Assembly (NCBI RefSeq): GCF_001194135.2
Contig: NC_069000.1
Span: 16,057,716 to 16,099,863 of the forward strand
Source of the DNA: Octopus bimaculoides
Taxonomy: Eukaryota
Length of the DNA: 42,148 nt
Reading direction: 5' to 3'
Part shown: piece by piece, positions 33,548 through 42,148 of the stretch
Numbering within the stretch: position 1 is the first letter of the stretch
Layout: each line of letters opens with the position of its first letter
The notes under the pieces: generated by a model
The model's input: the letters and a program-made list of their open reading frames with translations, nothing else
Database searches by the model: none
What the model was told of the DNA's origin: nothing
Position numbers and translations under genes: made by a program

Positions 33548-35967
33548 NNNNNNNNNNNNNNNNNNNNNNNNNNNNNNNNNNNNNNNNNNNNNNNNNNNNN
33601 NNNNNNNNNNNNNNNNNNNNNNNNNNNNNNNNNNNNNNNNNNNNNNNNNNNNNNNNNNNNNNNNNNNNNNNNNNNNNNNNNNNNNNNNNNNNNNNNNNNN
33701 NNNNNNNNNNNNNNNNNNNNNNNNNNNNNNNNNNNNNNNNNNNNNNNNNNNNNNNNNNNNNNNNNNNNNNNNNNNNNNNNNNNNNNNNNNNNNNNNNNNN
33801 NNNNNNNNNNNNNNNNNNNNNNNNNNNNNNNNNNNNNNNNNNNNNNNNNNNNNNNNNNNNNNNNNNNNNNNNNNNNNNNNNNNNNNNNNNNNNNNNNNNN
33901 NNNNNNNNNNNNNNNNNNNNNNNNNNNNNNNNNNNNNNNNNNNNNNNNNNNNNNNNNNNNNNNNNNNNNNNNNNNNNNNNNNNNNNNNNNNNNNNNNNNN
34001 NNNNNNNNNNNNNNNNNNNNNNNNNNNNNNNNNNNNNNNNNNNNNNNNNNNNNNNNNNNNNNNNNNNNNNNNNNNNNNNNNNNNNNNNNNNNNNNNNNNN
34101 NNNNNNNNNNNNNNNNNNNNNNNNNNNNNNNNNNNNNNNNNNNNNNNNNNNNNNNNNNNNNNNNNNNNNNNNNNNNNNNNNNNNNNNNNNNNNNNNNNNN
34201 NNNNNNNNNNNNNNNNNNNNNNNNNNNNNNNNNNNNNNNNNNNNNNNNNNNNNNNNNNNNNNNNNNNNNNNNNNNNNNNNNNNNNNNNNNNNNNNNNNNN
34301 NNNNNNNNNNNNNNNNNNNNNNNNNNNNNNNNNNNNNNNNNNNNNNNNNNNNNNNNNNNNNNNNNNNNNNNNNNNNNNNNNNNNNNNNNNNNNNNNNNNN
34401 NNNNNNNNNNNNNNNNNNNNNNNNNNNNNNNNNNNNNNNNNNNNNNNNNNNNNNNNNNNNNNNNNNNNNNNNNNNNNNNNNNNNNNNNNNNNNNNNNNNN
34501 NNNNNNNNNNNNNNNNNNNNNNNNNNNNNNNNNNNNNNNNNNNNNNTGTAAAATAAAATAGTATTTATGGTAGGCAAATTCATTATGCAAAACAACAGGC
34601 ATTGGCTCAAGACTAAAAATGTGAAGTCTTGACAATAACTCAAGCAAATTTTACTGCGAATTTGTTATAGGTAAATTTTGCTGGAATATATAACTAATTT
34701 TTGTATTATTCAATTTATTGTACTAACTAATTTTGTACTACTATCCTATTTATAACCCATTTAAAAAATTCCTATTATGAATTAATAATTAGAATGATGA
34801 ATATTCTTAAAGTGCCAAAGATATTTTACTGAATTATTTTAAATATTTAATAGAAGTAACAAGTAATAACAAATAGAAGTAATAACTTGTAATAAAACTT
34901 TTACTTTTTATAAAAGCTAATATTTTCTAAATCTAAATATTTCAACTAAAATTTTATCCTTACCTGCAAAATTTTAAGTAAAAGTTTTCTAGTTCTGTAC
35001 TTTACCAGATGTAATAAGTTGTCATGAACTTTTGCAAGTATAATGACTTGTCCTGTAATTTTCCAGGTTTTTAATCTTAAGAATATTGTTTCTCTTGCTC
35101 GCATTCTCCATGTAATATATATATTTAAGACGCAAAAATGAAGTCGATGTTATTACGTAACTCCAAGTTTCTGAGAGTTTTGGAGCCATTTCATCACAAT
35201 GTATTGGTTTGCACGCATAGTTAATCAATTAATTGATGAATTTATTAATGAACTAATTAGCCTTCGACAATTCTCGTCAGGATTTGATATGTAGTTATTT
35301 ATAATCTCAGTCTACTGAATTAACTTAACAGGTGAATACTTGTTGCTTAGAATTCCGAAACTATACAACTCCACCTTCACTACAATATATGTATGTTGAA
35401 AACTTTGAAAATTTATCATAATAAATTTTAGGTCTGGTGCAATTGGTTGAGAGTAAAATATTACATTCTTTATCTGATTAATTAAATACGTTATTAATTT
35501 GGCGTAGAGTCAAATGTATAGTAATGAAGTGGTTCCACTAGCCATTCGTAACGATCGTAACCTTGAATATAACGTTCACAACAAAATTTGAAGTATAGAA
35601 AGCAAACAAGTTAGTATAGTTGGAGAATTATATTTACTGTGTTCAGAAATTGGATGACAAGCAGGGAATGAGAATACTTAAAATTGTTTCTGATCTCCTT
35701 CAACTTTCATATATTTCGGCGTCCTGGTTAGCAATTCAGTTTGTTCATTCTGAACTCATTCTCCAAGAAGAACTGTTTTATAGTATTCTGAACCATCAAA
35801 ATATTTTATCGCAAGCTGTACTTAAATTCCTACTGGAATCAGCGAACGTTAACTATTAAATTTATTTTCATGCAAACGACGTTAAATCGGTTGTATATAT
35901 TTCGACGTTACGAAAACGTCTGCAAATACCCGTGAATGATAAGTATAAAGAATGATGGCAATGATAA

Positions 35968-36038
35968 TACCAACAGCAACAACAACTACAACAATATCAG
36001 CAAAACAACAACATCAACAGCAACAACAATAACAATAA
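35968..36038 (+). repeat. Imperfect (CAA)n tract
   Basis: CAACAGCAACAACAACTACAACAA... Confidence 0.85.
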
Positions 36039-36249
36039 CGTAGAAAGTATTTTCCCTATGGGACACACATCACCGTTATTTTCTATGGATAATTAGAAAA
36101 TAACAGTACAAAATAATATTTACAACAATTGCCTAATTTTACTTACTGCAGCTTCCATGTAGAAAGCATTTTGTTCAGGCATTCTGCGACTGACTATGTC
36201 TTTTCCCTACTTTTCCCTACAAGTAAATCTGTATCTTAACTATTTGAAC

Positions 36250-37300
36250 AATTATATACAGTACATGCTGTTAGGAATAACTTTACCATTTCGATATTTT
36301 ATGCCTTATTTCCTGATAAGAAGGCATAAAATATCGAAATGGTAAACTATCGAAATGGCACTTATAAAAAATTGATTGCAAAAACTCAGTCAAGTGTTCT
36401 TAATTTACAAGTTGCGAATATAACGTCAGATTTTGAGTATGCCACTATAACAGTTGTTAAAGAAGAATTCAACAGAACATCACATCATGGATGGATGCCT
36501 TTTTCACTTGGGTCAGTGCACTAAAGAAAAATTTGTGAGTCTGGCCACGAAATAAATTATGATAACGATTCCGAATTTCCTTTAAACATTCGAATGCTGT
36601 TAGCCTTAGCCTTTGTCTCCGTAGAGACAATTGAGACTTTATTAGATTTCAATATATATAATTCAGTAGTGAATACTATTCTGGATTATTTTGAAGATGT
36701 GTGGATTGGTCATCCTGCAAGATATCATAGCCGAAGCCCTCCGTTCGAGATATCTATGTGGTCTTGCTTTGAAAAGTCAATGCTGGTTTACCAAGAACTA
36801 ACAACGCCCTTGAAGGATGGCATAGAGGTTATTACAACAAGTGTCATCCCATCATCACTCAATATGGAAATTTGTAGACGCACCTAAAAGAGAACAGGAC
36901 TTGCAAGAAATTAATATTGCAAAAATATGAGCAGGTTTCAAAATATTAAGAGAGCCAAAAAGATACCGAGACGCAAATGAAAGACTCAAGAAATTTGTGG
37001 AATCCTTTAACGAGTACTCTTCAGCAGTTGAATATTTATGTGGGGTAGCAGATAAATTAGCTTAATTTTTTTTTAATCATTGCAAATAAAGAGATATGCT
37101 TATTAAATAAAAATCATTTGTGTACTGATTTTTAATTTTATCATTTTTGTTTAAATAAAATTTAAAAAATTACAATAATTAACATTTCGTATAATTGTCC
37201 TTTTGAATAATTTTCATTCATACAATTTTCCATTCGAATAAATGTTTTTCGAATAATTGTTTTGGAATAATTGTTTTCGAACAATTATTTTCGAACAATG
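36250..37300 (+). mobile_element. Second copy of the MULE remnant (right part)
   Basis: Nearly identical to 18200-18868; keeps extra catalytic-region sequence; PRTNNALEGWHR. Confidence 0.8.
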
Positions 37301-37654
37301 TTCACACAAACCTTCAATTATAGGCCACAGTGGGAGTTCGTTGATTACTTCAGTATCGGTAGTAGATTTTTGATTTAGAACAAATTTAGTGTTCAACCCA
37401 TCTTTCTCAGAATTTCAACTTTTCTACTTGAGAGTTTTGTTCTGTCGCTAGAAAGAAAAGTTTGTGTGGCTCTCTTTTGATTGTCATACAGTGCTCTAAG
37501 TTTGTGAGAGTTATCATCCAGTTCCAGTTCTTGGGCTTTTTTTTACATTCCTCTATTTCTGCAAGCTTTGAGTTTAAATGCATTTCAAAATGTTTTGTCG
37601 TTTCTGGATTTTTTAAAGAAGCGACGTTCATTCTCGGATGTATACTACATCTCA
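37300..37654 (-). mobile_element. Second copy of the RTE fragment, with a ~250-nt internal deletion
   Basis: Colinear with 18870-19470 but lacks ~19100-19360. Confidence 0.8.
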
Positions 37655-38569
37655 NNNNNNNNNNTATATATATACATATTTATTCATTATACATATGTAC
37701 ATGCACATACATGCAATACAGATATGGTTACACACACACACACGCACACACATAGACACACATATTTAGAGAGAGAAGTTGAGTGATTTCTGACCTGTAT
37801 CCAAGTGCGCATTTAGCCTACCAGGGTAGGCTGGATCGTAAGCTGTGTCTACAGCACCGAACCCAGGGGTGGAGAATCATAATAGGAAAACATGAACCTG
37901 TTGCATGCTGTTCATTTAGTTTATGGCAGACATTTCCACCAACCTTTTGTTATCAGCATTTCCCAAATTCGTCGCTGTTACTATACAAGATTTTATCAGT
38001 GCTTACGAAATTTCTGTGTATGCTATCTAATGGTCATCATGATGTGTATAGATAAACGAAGTGAATTGGCTTGAATGAATAGGCCCTGTTCAGCCATTGG
38101 CTTATGAGTTAATGTTGTAGACGGAAAATCTGCAGAAACATTCGCATGTGTGTTTGTAGATTTCCTTTTTGGCTCACAATCATTGATAACTTGTGATGAT
38201 TTGTATACGTCCATATAACTTAGCGTTTCGACAAAATCTTCTCACAGAAAAAGCACTAGTGTAGATTTCTTCAAGTAACACTATAAGGCGGTGCTCAAAC
38301 ATGCCCGCATCCGTATGACTGATACAAGCAAATGAGTAAAAGAGTAAAAAGAAATAACAGAGTTAAGGTGTAACAGGAGTGTATGTATCCATGCGTGTAT
38401 ATATACCTGCAGACATAAATCTATGCATGAATGTATGTATACATATATGCATGTGCGTATGTCACTTTTAGTGATACTGGTAAGGTGCAACCCAGTACAG
38501 TCGATCGCATGGTCGAACTGTCGGTGAATAAACAGGGAGCCTTACCCAGCCGGGTTGGTGAAAAATACG

Positions 38570-40229
38570 TTAAATTTATTTGGAACAGACTGGATGGAAT
38601 TATTTAACTTATGGGATCTTCTCAAATAATCCTTGGAAAATGGGATTGGTTCTTCCTCCAGTACATTTAAAGCATCGGAGGACTTAAAAAAGAATTATAA
38701 AAAAAATTTCCTGAAGTTTACTTTTATGAATTGGGTCTTTGCTCCAAAACAGAGGTGAAGTTTCAAGTGAAAGAAAACGCTATAACCCTATAAACCAAAA
38801 CGAACTGTACTATTCACAGCGTTGAAACAAGTCAACGTAGAATTGTATAGACTTGAAAAGATTGGCGTTATTGAAATAATTGATTACACAAAATGGGTGA
38901 CTCCAAAAGTTTATGTCTAGAAAAAAAATCCGAGTATGCGCTGATTTTTCAACAAGGTTTAAATGAATCTTTGATGCCATATAACTACTCGTTACCAAGT
39001 CGGGAGGAAATTTTAACGAAGTTGTATGGAGGAAATTTTTTTCAAAGTTGGACCTATCTGAAGCATGATTGCAGGTAAAAGTTGATGAGGAATGTTCAAA
39101 ATTTTTGACAATTAATACTCATAAAAGATTGTAAAAATTTAACCGACTTCTTTGTGGTATAAAGGTAGCATGTGGCATTTTACAACAAGCTGTGGACATT
39201 ATGCTCGCAGGTTCGGATTACTCGGTAGCATACCTTGACTACATACTCATAAAAAATGAATCCCGGGGTGAGCATGTTGAGCATGTTAAAAAGCTAGGTA
39301 AAATGTGAATTTTCTCTGCTGAGATTAAAATATCTAGGGAATATTATCATTGAAAATGGGCGCAGACCAGTCCTGTCTAGGGCAAGTGCAATAAAAAATA
39401 TGCCTCCCCGACAAACACTATGACGTTACAAGCAAGTTTTGGTTTGCAAATGACTACTAGATATACATACCGAATATGAACGATTTAAGAGCACCCCTGA
39501 ATAACTTGTTAAAAAAAAAACGTTAAGTGGAAGTGGTCGGACAAATGCCAAAATATTAGAAGAAATTGAAAACGTATTAACGTCGGAATTGTTATCAAAT
39601 TTTGACCCGAATGTAGAAATAATAGTGGAACCAGATACTGAAGTGGCATTGGATCTGTTATTTTATACAAATACGATGTTAGCGGGAAAGTAGTAGCTCA
39701 TGCTTCGCGGTCATTACTGTCGGCTGAAAAAGGTTAGAATCAAATAGAAAAGGAAGCATTAGCCATATTTGCGGTAAAAAGTTTAATAAATTTACACATG
39801 GAAGAAGGCCCCGTTATCAGACAGACCACCGCACATTATTGTCGCTCTATGGTTTTAAAAAATGGCATCCTTACATCCTCACACATACAGCCAACAGATT
39901 CCCGCCCTGGAGTACGATTCTATTGAATTATGACTTCAAGATGAAGTATTTACCATCTAAAAAATTGGGACATGTTGTTAGTTTGTCGCGATTAATACCA
40001 AAATACAGTGAACCACTAGGAAACACAGTGACAGCGGCGTTAAAAGCCGAAAATGAAATGAAAATTTTATCGTGCAACGTTGTAGGTGAATTGCCGCTGA
40101 CATCGGAGGAAAGAAAAACGAGTTTATCATAAAAATGAAAAATATAGTGAGATCAGAAGAAACAAAGGAAAAACTGTGGCGTAGAATAAAATATTCACTT
40201 CCAACAGAATTCAATCTCAAAAGGAGAGA
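38570..40229 (+). mobile_element. Degraded Gypsy pol (RT, RNase H) joined to 3' UTR and PPT; integrase deleted
   Basis: NLFGTDWMELFNLWD; PKRTVLFTALKQVNVELYRLEKIGVIE; RNase H QTDHR motif; AAAAGGAGAGA|TG at 40219-40231. Confidence 0.85.
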
Positions 40230-40642
40230 TGTGGTGATAGACATTATCACACATCTGTGTGGACTTGTAGGATTGTTATATTGTTAATGACGTCAGAGGA
40301 CGTTTCTGAATCTTGCGTTTTGTAAACAGAGAAATAAAATGTACGCCTTGTGAAGTCATTGATTTTATCTTTGCTTCCTTAGATTATATATCCAAACATT
40401 TTAAGGATATAAAAGTACATTACATACGTTTGATAATTATAAACAAATTCTTTGTGCAGGTTTTTCAGCAAGAAATTGCAGAACATTCTTTCTAGGAGTT
40501 CGAGATACTACAATTGTCATTCACTCATTCATCTTTTTCAAAGCCATTGCTCTCCATACTATTATCTTCTTATCCATTGTTATATGACAGCGATTATATA
40601 TTTCTATTATTTATATGTCCCTCTCCTTTAGTTTTCATTTAG

Positions 40643-40946
40643 ATTCTAAAAACGACACCAGCTGACGGTATTGAAGTTGGGATGACAAGTAACATGATGG
40701 TATGTGGTTTATAATTCTTTTGACTTCAAACTGCAACAAAACGAAGTTAGAGATGTGCATATACAATACGTCATGAAGAACAATATATGTGAAGACCATT
40801 AATAATTATCTAATGTTTCGAGAATGATTTACCTTCTGGTGATGTAAGCTATATTACGTGTTGGAAACCAAATACCACTTGTGAAGCTGTAGCAGCCTGC
40901 TCTTGTAAATCTTATAAACGAACTTCAACAAGGAAGATGCTTAAAG
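40643..40946 (+). pseudogene. Pseudo V-like Ig exon psiV-3
   Basis: ILKTTPADGIEVGMTSNMMVCGL*...FDFKLQQN...HIQY.../...FENDLPSGDVSYITCWKPNTTCEAVAACSCKSYKRTSTRKMLK|GTAAGT; stops and frameshifts. Confidence 0.85.
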
Positions 40947-41261
40947 GTAAGTGTTATCAGGCTTACAGTTATTCAGCTACATTACTATTAATAGTTTTAT
41001 TTCTATTGCGTATTTCTCCTGCAACTTTCGAGACTAAATTTGTAGACTTTGGTTTGTGCCATATTTTGCACATGCCAAAGTACTTTGGTTTTTAGTTTTA
41101 TATTGCAATGAAAATATTCCATGCATTGTGTAAAGTACCTAGGTGTTCTTTTTCCAGTACAATGGAATAGACGTTGGGATAATTGATGTAGAAAGAGAAA
41201 AAAATTTGATTAGTCAAAATTAAACAACTTTATAACAATTGACGAAATTCGTGGAGCTATA

Positions 41262-42148
41262 TACAGGATTTGGAAAAAATAATGGAAACACGAAGCATCA
41301 TAGCATCATAATTTTTAAATATCTATAAAACCATCGAAATCTTGTTTATTTTTATGTTTTTTGATTTATTATTAGTGTTGCTTAATATGTTTTGCTAAAA
41401 TTGTTGTTTCTTTTCAGATATCATCAGAAAAAGGTAATTAAAATTCATTAAAATGACAGATCCATCGGATTTTCAAAGAGGTCAAATTGTTGGTGCTCGT
41501 AAGGCAGGTGCTAGTGTAACGAAAACAGTCGAAATGTTAGGTGTTTCAAGAGAAGTACTGACTCAAAATTAATGACAGCGTTTGAGAAAGGGGAAAAAAA
41601 ATTCCTCTTCGAAATAAAACGCTGGAAGATAACCAAAACTTTGAGATAGGGACATTCGGACTCATACGCGAAATGTTNNNNNNNNNNNNNNNNNNNNNNN
41701 NNNNNNNNNNNNNNNNNNNNNNNNNNNNNNNNNNNNNNNNNNNNNNNNNNNNNNNNNNNNNNNNNNNNNNNNNNNNNNNNNNNNNNNNNNATGACCACCT
41801 CGAGAACCCAGTTTCCACAAACACTGTTCGTCGGGACAAAGTCAGATTTCACGGTAGGGCTGCAATCAGAAAATTACTACTTTCAAAAGCAAATGTTGCA
41901 CGGCGTTTAGAGTGGAGTAAAAAAAAAACCTACAGAATTGTTCCCTAGAGCAGTGGAAGAATGTTACATTCTCGGTTGAGTCATCCTTTATCTTATTTCT
42001 GACCACCGTTCGAGTATACGTGTGCAGACAGCCAAAAGAAGCATTTGACCCAGACTGCCTTCTTCCACCTGCTAAACATGTAGGAAGATCTGCGATGATC
42101 TGGCGGCAGGGGGCGTTATATCTTGGAAATCCGCCGGCCGGGTTTCAC
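41262..42148 (+). mobile_element. Tc1-like transposon, degraded, runs off the window
   Basis: TACAGGATTTGGAAAAAATAATGGAAACAC end. MTDPSDFQRGQIVGARKAGASVTKTVEMLGVSR (ATG 41453). QWKNVTFSVESSF...EAFDPDCLLP. Confidence 0.85.

Noticed and set aside
33289-34647. Long ORFs of 130-450 aa in the ORF track (also 1980-2490, 13803-14340, 41511-41948)
   Set aside because: Artefacts of N gaps and microsatellites.
3444-40946. RAG-type V(D)J-like recombination of the V exons
   Set aside because: By eye, CACAGTG heptamers (~18885, ~31884, ~37325, ~40024) lie in TE or intergenic sequence far from V exon ends, with no spaced nonamer. V and C2 join by ordinary splicing.

Overview
AT-rich animal genomic DNA with six N-gaps and many microsatellites. 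The tRNA-derived SINE families look like Octopus/cephalopod ones (recalled, not database-checked). Most of the window is decayed TEs: Gypsy LTR, RTE and Dong/R4 LINEs, mariner, Tc1, MULE, a Chapaev3-like element and SINEs. Among them, and split up in the ORF track, is a tandem immunoglobulin-superfamily gene cluster built from about 2.3 copies of a ~15-19 kb unit. Each unit runs: [Gypsy remnant] - dead V-like Ig pseudo-exon - 72-nt candidate leader exon - intact 321-nt V-like Ig exon - intact C2-like Ig exon ending in a basic tail. Two intact two-Ig gene models (~229 and ~234 aa if the candidate leader is used; phase-1 GT-AG joins; no transmembrane exon found) alternate with three pseudo-V exons. 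By hand count the intact V exons differ at 24 amino acids but only 4 silent codons. This suggests a rapidly diversifying, probably secreted Ig recognition family. Its function, true leader exon and expression cannot be determined from the sequence alone.
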